45,117 bases of DNA from an uncultured Pseudomonadota bacterium (GCA_964454175.1 CAYVSA010000009.1:1-45117), one strand, 5' to 3'. Positions 1 to 9,671 are shown, counted from the first letter of the stretch. Translations and numbers: made by a program. Notes: generated by a model not told the origin, from the letters alone.

Positions 1-400
1 GGTGCAGGTCCTTTCCCAGGGCAGGTTCGTTGCCCTTCTTCGGAACGATGATGCTGATGATCCAGTCTGCATTGATCCAGTTGATAGCCTGGAAGCCCCC
101 ATGCTCCTTGATGAACCTGCCGGTCTCTCTTTGGAAGCTTGCAGGCTCATCAAGGTGTTCTCCGGAAATTTCGTTTTTTATGTGATTGAGGGCAGCGAGC
201 CTGGAGTCTGTCCAGCTTTCGATCCTTCGGCCTACCTGACCGGCAGTGACATTTGTCTCCAGGGTGATCCTGTCATGTTCGTTGATGTCCGCCTCGCGCT
301 TGAGGCCATAAGCTGCCGCTGCCAGAACAAGGAACAGGAGTAGTGGGAGCCACAACTTCCTTCCGGCGGGAATCTTTCGGTCTTTTCCTTCAGGCTTCAT
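1..400 (-). CDS. Membrane sensor protein with a CHASE-like periplasmic domain (only the 5' part; runs off the window edge)
   Basis: Not in the ORF track because it has no stop inside the window. Translating from the ATG at 400 gives MKPEGKDRKIPAGRKLWLPLLLFLVLAAAAYGLKREAD...GGFQAINWINADWIISIIVPKKGNEPALGKDLH: an N-terminal TM helix, then a CHASE-like segment. The frame stays open to the edge. Confidence 0.7.
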   Translation of the reverse strand, partial: MKPEGKDRKIPAGRKLWLPLLLFLVLAAAAYGLKREADINEHDRITLETNVTAGQVGRRIESWTDSRLAALNHIKNEISGEHLDEPASFQRETGRFIKEHGGFQAINWINADWIISIIVPKKGNEPALGKDLH

Positions 401-691
401 TCATTGAACCCTTTACCTCGACCGGCAATATAAAGATGCAGGCGAACACATACGGTCCTGCCAACCGCAGCTTGCGGCGGACCTTGCTATCATAGCAGGC
501 ATATATCACGATAATAGCATTTATGTCAAAAAGATACAGATTGCCAGCTCGTAAAGAATGCCACACCGGCAGTTTGCCTTTGCAATCATAAATGGTTGCA
601 GAACATGAAGTGTTATTATATGAAATTAACAGTTAGGCTGTCCATGTAGCTTCTGTTACTGTGGGAAACGTGGACCGAAGGGAGGTACGTT

Positions 692-958
692 GTGACAACC
701 AGGTTTGCGTTTTTCTACCTTTTCAAGGAAGGTACGGCACAGGCTGTTGAAAAGGCGGTTCCTGATCACGTCAGCTACTGGAAAGAGCTTGCCCCTGAAT
801 ACTATCGGGGAGGCCCCTTCGCCGACAGGTCCGGCGGAATGATAGTTTTTTCTGCCGGAGATCCCATTGAAGCTGCAAGAATAGCCATGGGTGATCCTTT
901 TGTCCTTGAGGACCTGCACGAAGTCAGGTGGATCAAGGAGTGGGTATTAAAGCCCTGA
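692..958 (+). CDS. YciI-family protein
   Basis: GGAGG RBS before GTG; conserved His (PDHVSY), GGPFAD..GGMIVF and DPFV motifs. Confidence 0.8.
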   Translation: MTTRFAFFYLFKEGTAQAVEKAVPDHVSYWKELAPEYYRGGPFADRSGGMIVFSAGDPIEAARIAMGDPFVLEDLHEVRWIKEWVLKP

Positions 959-982
959 GGGGTTTCTGATCGAAAATCTAAC

Positions 983-2575
983 ATGAGCAGTAAACTGGAC
1001 AACTACACAGTTCTGAACATGATCGGCAAGGGAGGTATGGCCACGGTGTACCGCGCCGTCCAGAAGTCTCTGGACAGGACCGTCGCCCTGAAGGAGCTTG
1101 ACCTTTCCCAGTCCCATTCTGTCCCGGCCGCGGCTGAGCGCTTTCGGCTCGAAGCCAAAGCGGCAGCTTCCCTTGAGCACACAGGAATAATTAACATTTA
1201 CGACTTCTGGGAAGAGGAAAAAAAGGCTTACATCGCCATGGAGCTCATAGACGGATTCGAACTGAAGGAGGGCCTGGCGGCTTGCGTCTCCATGGACCCT
1301 GCCCTTGCCGTACACATAGCCCTGGAGGTGGCAGAGGCCTTAAAATATGCCCACGCAAGAGGGATTATCCACAGGGACGTTAAGCCGGCCAATATCATGC
1401 TGACCACGCTGGGGGACGTCAAGCTCGCCGATTTCGGCATAGTCTCTGTCACTGGTACTGCTGAACTCACAATGGCCGACCAGATCCTTGGCACCCCGGC
1501 ATACATGTCGCCAGAGCAGGTGACCGGCAGGGAGTCAGGCCCCCACTCCGACATCTTCAGCCTGGGGATCGTCATCTACGAAATGGTTACTGGAAAAAGG
1601 CCCTTTGCCGGCACAAACCCGGTAGCTCTCATTCAGTCCATCGTAAAGGACGAGCCGGAACCGCCTGGAAGCCTGGCCGAAAAACTGCCCGCTGGCCTGA
1701 GCGGCGTAATAATGAAGTGCCTCGAAAAGGACCCGGACATGCGCTATGCCCAAATGGGCCAGCTCCTTGGAGACCTGGAGCGCTGCAGGACAGTGGACAC
1801 CCGGGCGGGCGAAGGACTTGTAGGAGAACTTGTCAGGGCTCACAGGAGCGAATCCGGTAACGAGAATGGTGGGTCTGCTCAGGCAACAAAGCTCGCTGCT
1901 GCCAGAACCGGCCCAGCACAAAATACTGCCGCAATACAAGAGGGCACTCAGGAGACATCGGGCCTGGAGTTTCAGGTGGACGACACCGTCCCTGGGGATC
2001 TGGCGCCACTTCAGGGGCTCTCAGGCAGGGAACGGCAGGAACAGCGAACAGACCACCACTCCGACAGGAGCACACCACGAGAGGTACACCTCGAGTTTGC
2101 AAAAAGTGAACAGGACGCAGTGAGTGAGGAAGACGAAAAGAAGAGTAGAGGGAAAAAGCGAAGGTCCCGGCTCCCCGTTTTGCTGATCGTGGCCGCAGCC
2201 CTGGCTGCCCTGGCGATAATTGCTCCCCGGGCAAGGAATGGCAGCAGGAAAGCAGCCGACAGGATGCCGCCGCCTGCCGTTAAAAAGGCACCTGCCAAAA
2301 AATCCGAAACACCACTGATGATGCCCGTCCCGAGCAGGAACACAGAGCCGGTAGGGCTTGCGTACCTGAAAATTGCCGTTCGCCCGGCCGGAAGTGTTTT
2401 CATTGACGGCAAGGCGCTTGGGGACGCGAGGTCCGGGGAGTCCTTCAGGGTGACGACGGGCCTTCACACTATTGTGATCAGGAACAGGAGGTACGGTTCC
2501 AGATCCTTTATGGTTGATTTCTCCGACGGAGAGCGCAAGAAAATAGCTGTAGATTTTCTCAAACAAACCAGGTAA
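983..2575 (+). CDS. Hanks-type Ser/Thr protein kinase with a TM helix and a C-terminal PEGA-like extracytoplasmic domain
   Basis: IGKGGMATVY, VALKE, HRDVKPAN, DFG, GTPAYMSPE, DIFSLG; TM segment LPVLLIVAAALAALAII; VFIDG..G.HTI motif. Confidence 0.9.
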   Translation: MSSKLDNYTVLNMIGKGGMATVYRAVQKSLDRTVALKELDLSQSHSVPAAAERFRLEAKAAASLEHTGIINIYDFWEEEKKAYIAMELIDGFELKEGLAACVSMDPALAVHIALEVAEALKYAHARGIIHRDVKPANIMLTTLGDVKLADFGIVSVTGTAELTMADQILGTPAYMSPEQVTGRESGPHSDIFSLGIVIYEMVTGKRPFAGTNPVALIQSIVKDEPEPPGSLAEKLPAGLSGVIMKCLEKDPDMRYAQMGQLLGDLERCRTVDTRAGEGLVGELVRAHRSESGNENGGSAQATKLAAARTGPAQNTAAIQEGTQETSGLEFQVDDTVPGDLAPLQGLSGRERQEQRTDHHSDRSTPREVHLEFAKSEQDAVSEEDEKKSRGKKRRSRLPVLLIVAAALAALAIIAPRARNGSRKAADRMPPPAVKKAPAKKSETPLMMPVPSRNTEPVGLAYLKIAVRPAGSVFIDGKALGDARSGESFRVTTGLHTIVIRNRRYGSRSFMVDFSDGERKKIAVDFLKQTR

Positions 2576-2748
2576 AAAAATCCGTCGGTCCCATGGGTCC
2601 CTGACACAAAAGCTTATCCCCCCTCCGAATAGACAGAATAAATTCTGTTACAATTACTGTATTAAATCACTCGTTGGTAAAAAGCCCGCCAAACGACATG
2701 AGGTTTTCTTGATCGGAGACCTGAAATGAAAATGATGAAGACTGTTTG

Positions 2749-3006
2749 ATGTCTACAGACGATCTTTCAGTAAGGGTCCTGGCGGCCATCGAGGCTCACT
2801 ACCCCGAAGAAAGGCAGCGTGAGATAACAGAGCTGGTAAAGATGTGCTGTCCGGGGCTCTCTGACATAAATCTGGAAAAAGCCAGATATTCGGCCCTGAT
2901 GCTGGCAGGGGGTAATGTGGAAAAGCTGGTGGAATATCTGGAATCCATTGAAGCTGACTTTCGGGATGTTATATACTGGTACAGCCAGGGCGGTAATGAT
3001 GTTTAA
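2749..3006 (+). CDS. Small hypothetical protein
   Basis: Plausible helical ORF (..ALMLAGGNVEKL....DFRDVIYW), co-directional with its neighbours; start could be 2746 or 2749. Confidence 0.6.
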   Translation: MSTDDLSVRVLAAIEAHYPEERQREITELVKMCCPGLSDINLEKARYSALMLAGGNVEKLVEYLESIEADFRDVIYWYSQGGNDV

Positions 3007-3044
3007 TAGACTGCGCCACTGCATAATGCATTCAGGAGAGTGAC

Positions 3045-3458
3045 ATGACGGAAAAAACTGACCCTGTTAAGACAGGAAAGACACGAAGAGAGAGGAAAAA
3101 AGAGAGGCGAGCACAAAAGAGCGATCTTGACAGGAAACTTGACGGTATTGGCTGGGGTCTGTTTTTCGTGTGGATCGGGGCAGTTATGCTGGCGGACCTG
3201 GGAGCCGGTGCGGCGATGCTGGGGATCGGGGTCATCACCCTCGGCGTTCAGGGTGCGAGGAAGATCTGGGGCCTGAAGATTGAAAGCTTCTGGCTGGTGC
3301 TCGGTATAGTCCTTGCGCTGGCTGGTCTCTGGAGCCTTATGGAGACGAAGCTGCCCGTTGTTCCGGTCCTCCTGATCGTGGTGGGTCTTGTTGTTCTGGT
3401 GTCGACTTTTGGCGGACGGCGCCATAAAAAAGGTAAGAATTTGGAAAAGTCCGGGTGA
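3045..3458 (+). CDS. Hypothetical integral membrane protein (about 4 TM)
   Basis: AGGAG RBS; basic N-terminus followed by four hydrophobic segments. Confidence 0.75.
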   Translation: MTEKTDPVKTGKTRRERKKERRAQKSDLDRKLDGIGWGLFFVWIGAVMLADLGAGAAMLGIGVITLGVQGARKIWGLKIESFWLVLGIVLALAGLWSLMETKLPVVPVLLIVVGLVVLVSTFGGRRHKKGKNLEKSG

Positions 3459-3649
3459 TGGCCGAATTTTGCGATCTCAGGTGCGCTTATGCGGAACCGG
3501 CCAGGGAAGACATGGACGGATCGCGCTCGTGCATGACATTCACGGCCATCTACTGCACCTGCAAGGGAACTCATGTTATGAAGGCCCAGGTGTGCGAGGA
3601 TAGGGTAGAAAGATCAGCTGACCCGGGACCAGTACCGGAATGTACCTGA
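3455..3649 (+). CDS. Small Cys-rich putative metal-binding protein
   Basis: Overlaps the stop of the upstream gene (GTGATG); CDLRC...SC...YCTC...VC pattern. Confidence 0.6.
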   Translation: MMAEFCDLRCAYAEPAREDMDGSRSCMTFTAIYCTCKGTHVMKAQVCEDRVERSADPGPVPECT

Positions 3650-3795
3650 TCTACATCTGCACTCTATCTGCCGGTTTCGTGGTTTTTCTGCTCACACCGA
3701 ACCTGAAAACCACCTACAGGATCCTTTTGGGGATATTTGCTTTCCTGGTCGTGTCGGCTGTAGTGACCTTTATCATGCTATCTGGCCCACGTTGA
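3640..3795 (+). CDS. 51-aa two-TM small membrane protein (below the ORF-track size cut-off)
   Basis: MYLIYICTLSAGFVVFLLTPNLKTTYRILLGIFAFLVVSAVVTFIMLSGPR*; overlaps the previous stop and fills the gap to the convergent gene. Confidence 0.55.
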   Translation: MYLIYICTLSAGFVVFLLTPNLKTTYRILLGIFAFLVVSAVVTFIMLSGPR

Positions 3796-3807
3796 AGTTC
3801 TGCTGCC

Positions 3808-4386
3808 TCACTTTCTAAGCTTGGTAAACTTGGTGCCCTCCAGGGTCAGATTGTACATCAGACCCTTCTGGCCGAAGATGAAACCAACAATGGGATCCTT
3901 TATGTTGGTCGTGTCGATGGAACCGCCGGCGCCTACTTCTATAAAGGCCACCGACCCATCGACTCCCACTTCCCACCCGGCACTCTTTCGGAATTTTTCC
4001 AGGGATTGTTTCGTGAGGAAAACCAGTAGAACTGACTTTTTCTGCGCACCCAGCTGGAGTCCCACAGAACCGGATGCCGTGCTGTAATAATCTACCGTCC
4101 TTTTCCCAATTCGAAGTGCGCCCTGGCCATATTCAACACCGATTCCCAGGCCTGCCTTGATCACCTTGGGAAACAAAAGGTACCCCTTGGCGCCGGAGAG
4201 GAATGCCCTGCCGTCGTTCACCTCCTCATAGAATTTTTCCAGGGCTACATCCACGCTGACGTCGATCTCCCTTGCCGCAGCGGCATGGGAGTAGCCTGTA
4301 AATGACACGAGGGCCAGGGTAGAGAGTACGGCCAGACCGGCTGCGCGAATAAGGGTATTTCCTGGTCGTAAAAAAAAGCTTTTCAT
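3808..4386 (-). CDS. Ysc84/SYLF lipid-binding domain protein, secreted
   Basis: AKGYLLFPKVIKAGLGIGVEYGQG, GSVGLQLGAQ, KGLMYNLTLEGTKF; likely start MKSFF at 4386 with a signal peptide. Confidence 0.85.
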   Translation of the reverse strand: MKSFFLRPGNTLIRAAGLAVLSTLALVSFTGYSHAAAAREIDVSVDVALEKFYEEVNDGRAFLSGAKGYLLFPKVIKAGLGIGVEYGQGALRIGKRTVDYYSTASGSVGLQLGAQKKSVLLVFLTKQSLEKFRKSAGWEVGVDGSVAFIEVGAGGSIDTTNIKDPIVGFIFGQKGLMYNLTLEGTKFTKLRK

Positions 4387-4612
4387 GAGAACTGTCCTCC
4401 ACGCTGAAGCAAATGGACGCCAAATGACTCTTACAGGTGGATTATACCACCTGGAACCGAATTCTTGTAACCGCATTGTAAAGACCCGGTCCCATGATGT
4501 GATCAGCAGGCAGCCGGGCCCTGGAAACAGATTCCCCGTCAACCAGATAGATGGTAAGGTCGGGGGTGCTTGGAATGAGTGATGCCTCGTAGGTGGTTTT
4601 GACCGGAGAGCC

Positions 4613-6175
4613 ATGAAACTGAAGTTGAACAGGACAGGGTTTGTTTTACTGCTGGGTTCTGGTATTCTCCTGGCACTTATCGCGGTGCCCTGCCTTTTTT
4701 ACAGCAGGACGCCCGCTCCCGAAGGCACCAACATCAGCGGTTACCCGGTAAAGATCGCACAGAGCAGTGTAGAACTCCTCATAGATTCCACCTCTTATGA
4801 TGCTTCCAAAAGAAAACGGATCGTGAAACAGGAAATATTCGACGAGATCCTGGAAATGGTCAGGCGCGCCGACCTTTTTGTATATATGGATTTCTTTCTC
4901 TGGAATCCCTGGCAGGGTAAGGTCCCGGAGAACTTCAGGAGTCTTTCCGGAGAGCTGGCCGGGGCCCTTATAAAGAAGAAACAGGCCAACCCGGCCATGC
5001 CGATCATTGTCCTTACCGACCCGATAAACAGGATCTACGGCAGCCATGAACCCGCCTTATTTAAAGAGATGGCACGGTCAGGGATATCGGTGGTTTTTAC
5101 CGATCTTTCCCTGATGCCAGATTCAAACCCCCTTGTTGCTGCCCTGGTGAGATTTTACGGCAAGCCCTTCAGGGAAGGGTCGGTACTCGGTTCCCTGGCA
5201 GACCGTCCTTCACTTCCCAACCCTTTTGTTATTAACGGACCACCCATAAGTGCTCGGCAGATGGCGCGACTCTTTTTGTTCAAAGCAAATCATAGAAAAG
5301 TAGTGGTTACAGGTTCTTCGAGGGACGGTATGGACCTCCTCGTGGGAAGCCTGAATCCTGCAGACGGCAGCTCTGCCCACTCAAACATGGCCCTGCGCCT
5401 GAAGGGGCGGGCAGCGAGGACCGCGCTGTATTCTGAGCTGAAGGTGGTCGGCTGGTCCTCCATGGATCCGAACGCCGTTCCTGGCGGGGGCCTTCCGGTT
5501 GTCACCAACGCTGTGAAAAGGATACAGCAGATGGTCGAGAGACTTGATACAGGCTCCGGAGGCCAGGGGAAGGCCTTTGTGGAGTGGCATTCCGAATCAG
5601 CCATTGCCGAGAGGCTGACGGGAATACTCGATGGTGCCGGGATCGGGGATGAGATAAGGATAGCCCTCTTTTACCTTTCCGACCGTAAGGTTATAAAAGC
5701 ACTCAGTCAGTCCGTGGGCAGAGGGGCGTCGCTGCGCCTCATACTTGATCCAAACAGGGACGCTTTCGGCAGAAAAAAACCGGGTATTCCAAACAGACCG
5801 GTGGCCGCAGAGCTTGTAAAATATGCTGGTTCCGGGGACGTAAAGATCAGGTGGGCCGACACTCATGGAGAACAGTTACACACGAAAACCATTTCCATTA
5901 CCAACAGCGAGTCCGGCAAGTATCTGTTCATGACCGGTTCGGCAAACTGGACCAGGAGGAACCTGCGGAACTTGAACCTGGAAGCCGAGGTCATGGTTAA
6001 GAATGCGCCTGCCGTCAACAGGAAGTTTAATGAGTATTTCGACCTGGCATGGGAAAATGCAGACGGCACAGGCCACACCCTCCCCTACGAGGAGCTGCGG
6101 ATCGAGGGCTTCGAAAACCTGTGGAAGACCCTCCTGTACAGATTTCAGGAGTGGTCGGGTCTAAGTACTTTCTAA
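4613..6175 (+). CDS. Phospholipase D superfamily protein, membrane-anchored
   Basis: Two HxK motifs (NHRK, LHTK), each with a downstream GSxN (GSLN, GSAN); N-terminal TM. Confidence 0.85.
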   Translation: MKLKLNRTGFVLLLGSGILLALIAVPCLFYSRTPAPEGTNISGYPVKIAQSSVELLIDSTSYDASKRKRIVKQEIFDEILEMVRRADLFVYMDFFLWNPWQGKVPENFRSLSGELAGALIKKKQANPAMPIIVLTDPINRIYGSHEPALFKEMARSGISVVFTDLSLMPDSNPLVAALVRFYGKPFREGSVLGSLADRPSLPNPFVINGPPISARQMARLFLFKANHRKVVVTGSSRDGMDLLVGSLNPADGSSAHSNMALRLKGRAARTALYSELKVVGWSSMDPNAVPGGGLPVVTNAVKRIQQMVERLDTGSGGQGKAFVEWHSESAIAERLTGILDGAGIGDEIRIALFYLSDRKVIKALSQSVGRGASLRLILDPNRDAFGRKKPGIPNRPVAAELVKYAGSGDVKIRWADTHGEQLHTKTISITNSESGKYLFMTGSANWTRRNLRNLNLEAEVMVKNAPAVNRKFNEYFDLAWENADGTGHTLPYEELRIEGFENLWKTLLYRFQEWSGLSTF

Positions 6176-6187
6176 TGCTCTAATGTT

Positions 6188-6928
6188 CTATTCTTGATGC
6201 CTCGGCCCAGCCTGTGTCTCGGTTGCTCTTTCGATGTCTTCTTCAAGGCGTTTCGCCAGGAAATTATCCGGTCCCATCCGTTGGATGGACACGAGGCAGT
6301 CGAAGGCCTTTACCATGTTGTTTGCCTTGATCATCCTCTGACCCAGATCGAAAAACCACTGCGCAGCCTCATCCTCAGACGTTTCAGCGGTCCTGCCTTC
6401 AAACAGCATCTCTACCAGGTTGAACATTCCGCTCTCGTCTCCCTGCTCCGAGGCTTTTCGGAGCCACTTTTCCGCCGATCGATCGCTCTGTGTCAGGCCG
6501 GCGCCTTCCATGTAGAGCTTGCCGAGAAAAGCCTGAGCATAAGAAAGGCCGGACTCGGCTGAAGCGGTAATTGCCTGTACAGCCTTTGAGCCTTCGGCAA
6601 AGCCCTTTCCCTTGATCAACATAGTGCCAAGTTTCATCCGGGCACCCACGTCCTCTTGTTCTGCGGCCAGCCAGAACCAGAAAACAGCCTCATTGTCATC
6701 CTGGGAGACTCCGATCCCCTTTTCGTAAAGTATGCCCAGATTGAAAATGGCGGTGATGTTGCCCTGGTCCGCTGCCTTTGCCAGCCATGTGATAGCTTCT
6801 ACAGGGTCAGGATCCATCCCCTGGCCGGTAGCCAGCATGATCCCCAGTTGGCCCTGGGCGTCGCTGTCCCCCTCTTCGGCTGCTCTCCGGATCTCATCAG
6901 TCGAGATCGTTTCCAGTGTGTCTGACAT
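6188..6928 (-). CDS. SEL1-like repeat protein
   Basis: Repeated AAEQG/AADQG..A.FNLG.LY..G.G motifs; GGAG RBS before MSDT at 6928. Confidence 0.88.
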   Translation of the reverse strand: MSDTLETISTDEIRRAAEEGDSDAQGQLGIMLATGQGMDPDPVEAITWLAKAADQGNITAIFNLGILYEKGIGVSQDDNEAVFWFWLAAEQEDVGARMKLGTMLIKGKGFAEGSKAVQAITASAESGLSYAQAFLGKLYMEGAGLTQSDRSAEKWLRKASEQGDESGMFNLVEMLFEGRTAETSEDEAAQWFFDLGQRMIKANNMVKAFDCLVSIQRMGPDNFLAKRLEEDIERATETQAGPRHQE

Positions 6929-7194
6929 TTTCTCCTCCGAATAAAAAGTGGTTTGCTGCTTCGCTATCCTTATAACCGAATGGCCCCTTAAAAGAAACGT
7001 TCTAAATATACTGCGAAAGATCAGAGAGTCCTTCCCAGCCACATAACTCGGGCCGCCGGTACCGGGATGATGAAAACCAGGCAGCTCAGCACTTCACAAT
7101 AAAGGGATAGAAAGTTGAGGAATTTTTCCCAGTGTTGTTCTATTATTTCATGGATTGGTCAGTTGGCGCGCTGTGGGCAATTCCGGAGGTTCCC

Positions 7195-8565
7195 ATGAAG
7201 AATTTTGTGCTGGATACAAACGTCATACTTTACTCCCCTAACTGCCTGGACACTTTCGAAGACAACAATGTCATCATCCCGTCCATAGTCCTGGAAGAAC
7301 TGGACGGATTCAAGAATTACTACGATCCCAGAGGCTTTGCCGCAAGGCAGTTCTCCAGGCAGCTTGACGAATATCGCCACCTGGGAGATCTGACGGCAGG
7401 TGTTCGGACCCACACAGGAGGAAAGCTCTTCGTCAGGTTTTACGATGAGGCGATTACCATGCCCCGCGAGCTGAGCAGCACCAGCGCAAAAAGCGCAAAC
7501 GACAATCTGATCCTGAACGTGGCGTTAAGTATCAAAAAAGAGTCCAGAGAGCCGACTGTGGTAGTCAGCAAGGACATTAATGTCAGGATTAAGGCTAACA
7601 TCCTGGGGGTTGAATCCGAGGACTACTATCACGACAAGACCCTTTCCGAGGTTCGCGAAGACGGGGTGTACCTGCTGGTTACCGGCGACTACATTGATCA
7701 TCTGTACAAGGAAAAGAAGCTGCCTGCCGAGGGCTACCGCAGCGACGGCGAGGAAATTGAGATCCGCAACAACGACTACTGCATTATCAAGAACGAGGCC
7801 GACCTTAACCAGAGCGCCCTGGTAAAGTATAAAATGGATCACAAGGGAGAGGGCTACTTACACCTTCTTGAAAATATCGAGGATGTATTCGGGATCGTGC
7901 CGCGCAACCACAAGCAGCGTTTTTTAATGGATGCCCTTCTGGATAAAGATATCGGGGTCGTCTTTGCGATGGGTATTGCAGGAAGTGGAAAGACCCTGGT
8001 TTCGCTGGCCTGTGCAATGGACATGGTCCTCGAAGAAAAGTTCAAGAGGCTGATTATTGCACGACCGATAATTCCCATGGGGCCTGATCCGGGAGCACTG
8101 CCAGGCAGTGAAATGGAAAAGGTACGGCCGTGGCTGCAGCCGATCTACGACAACCTGGACTTTCTTGTAGACAACCTGAACCACCACGAACAAACGGGTA
8201 AAGGCGGTGTCCGCGGGGCGGACATTACGATGCAGTATCTTTTCGATTCAAAGTTTATCGAGGTGCAGCCCCTGGCCTATATTAGAGGCCGCAGCGTATC
8301 AAACGGGATCTTCATGATAGATGAGGCCCAGAATCTCACACCTCACGAGATCAAAACCATCATCACGAGGGCGGGCGTCAACACGAAGATCATTCTCACC
8401 GGGGACATATATCAGATCGACAGCCCATACATGACCTCCGCCGACAATGGTCTGGCGGTTACTTCTGAAAAGTTCAGGATTGCGGGCACCGACCTGGCGG
8501 CCACAATATTCCTGGATAAGGGTGAACGCAGCGAGCTTGCCACCACAGCAGCGAGTCTTCTGTGA
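7195..8565 (+). CDS. PIN-PhoH (PhoH2-type) RNase/ATPase
   Basis: PIN motifs VLDTNV, VLEELD, NDNLIL, SKD.NVRIKA; Walker A GIAGSGKT; RGRS, DEAQNL, GD..QID; GGAGG RBS before 7195. Confidence 0.92.
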   Translation: MKNFVLDTNVILYSPNCLDTFEDNNVIIPSIVLEELDGFKNYYDPRGFAARQFSRQLDEYRHLGDLTAGVRTHTGGKLFVRFYDEAITMPRELSSTSAKSANDNLILNVALSIKKESREPTVVVSKDINVRIKANILGVESEDYYHDKTLSEVREDGVYLLVTGDYIDHLYKEKKLPAEGYRSDGEEIEIRNNDYCIIKNEADLNQSALVKYKMDHKGEGYLHLLENIEDVFGIVPRNHKQRFLMDALLDKDIGVVFAMGIAGSGKTLVSLACAMDMVLEEKFKRLIIARPIIPMGPDPGALPGSEMEKVRPWLQPIYDNLDFLVDNLNHHEQTGKGGVRGADITMQYLFDSKFIEVQPLAYIRGRSVSNGIFMIDEAQNLTPHEIKTIITRAGVNTKIILTGDIYQIDSPYMTSADNGLAVTSEKFRIAGTDLAATIFLDKGERSELATTAASLL

Positions 8566-9671
8566 GGAGACGTGTCATAAGAATAACGGTCATCATAACC
8601 CTTGTGATTCTGACCGCGTATATATTGCAGCCCGAGCTGGCTTTGGCTGTTCACACTCCCCGGGACGAGCAGAACCTTGAACTGCTAAGAGCAGCGGCAT
8701 CAGCAAAAAAGCCCAAGGGCACATCCATTGCTCCCATTCTGGCCTTCGATTCCACTTTCGGGGTTGTCTACGGGGCCGCTCTCTTCCTCTCCAGACCCGA
8801 ACAAGGCTATGACCTGGCTACCAAATTCAACGCCACTACGGAATCGGATCTTGCCCTGTTTCTGGATTACAGGCAGTGGTCTACTGCAGGCTATTTCTAC
8901 CGCCTTGAGGTGGTGCTGGACGGGTTCGAAGCTCCTTATTACGGTGAGGGGGGCGACACTCGGGAAGTGGATGAGGTCAGGATCGACAGGACTGCCCTGA
9001 TGGCAAAATTCCACCTGCGGCTCAGGCAGGGTTCCAGGATACAGCAGGGCCTTTACCTGGATTACCGGCTCAGGCACGAAGTATCCGTGGACGGTGACAC
9101 TACGTCCAGGCTGTTTCCCGATGAATCCAGGCTCGGGTTCGGTTACGGCCTCGTCTATGATACAAGAGACAGCGCTGTTAGCCCGACCAGGGGTATATAT
9201 CAGAAGTTTTCACTTTTATATCTGCCCGAAAGCACCAGCACCCTGAATTCTGCTCATACCTGTTTCCAGGGGGCAGTGGACATGAGGGGGTTTTATTCCC
9301 TCCCCCGCGGGATGATCCTTGCCGGCCGGTTCTCAGCAGGCGACTCCTGGAGCGGTGACCCGACATATCTTTATCGTTACAGTCTCGGAGGCTCGCAGAA
9401 CATGAGGGGATATTTCTTCAACAGGTTCAGGGGAAAGAGGTTTTACCTTACCCAGACGGAGCTCAGGTTCCCGATACTCGGGATCGTGAGCGGAGCAGTC
9501 TTCGCCGATGTCGGTGACATAGGTGACTCGGGGTTCGGTTCACCAAAATCAACCTACGGCGGAGGACTCAGGTTCCTCATCCCACCGGATAATGTGGCCA
9601 AGGTGCGGTTCGATTACGGTGTAGGTGAGGACCAGGAGTCGATTTACTTTGTGTTCGGCGAGGCTTTTTAA
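8562..9671 (+). CDS. BamA/TamA (Omp85) family surface-antigen beta-barrel protein
   Basis: YDTRDS...PTRG, LGG..NMRGY, GGGLRF, C-terminal FGEAF. Confidence 0.85.
   Translation: MRRRVIRITVIITLVILTAYILQPELALAVHTPRDEQNLELLRAAASAKKPKGTSIAPILAFDSTFGVVYGAALFLSRPEQGYDLATKFNATTESDLALFLDYRQWSTAGYFYRLEVVLDGFEAPYYGEGGDTREVDEVRIDRTALMAKFHLRLRQGSRIQQGLYLDYRLRHEVSVDGDTTSRLFPDESRLGFGYGLVYDTRDSAVSPTRGIYQKFSLLYLPESTSTLNSAHTCFQGAVDMRGFYSLPRGMILAGRFSAGDSWSGDPTYLYRYSLGGSQNMRGYFFNRFRGKRFYLTQTELRFPILGIVSGAVFADVGDIGDSGFGSPKSTYGGGLRFLIPPDNVAKVRFDYGVGEDQESIYFVFGEAF

Noticed and set aside
2..343. Plus-strand 113-aa ORF in the track
   Set aside because: It is the antisense shadow of the minus-strand sensor gene starting at 400.
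4560..4612. GGGGTGC start resembling a TPP riboswitch
   Set aside because: It lacks the GCTGAGA and CCTGA motifs, and the downstream gene is unrelated to thiamine.
4387..4614. N-terminal extensions of track ORFs (SYLF, Sel1, PhoH, PsbP-like, eno, editing domain, diheme cytochrome)
   Set aside because: Downstream ATGs have better RBSs and/or match the family N-termini, so the starts were trimmed.
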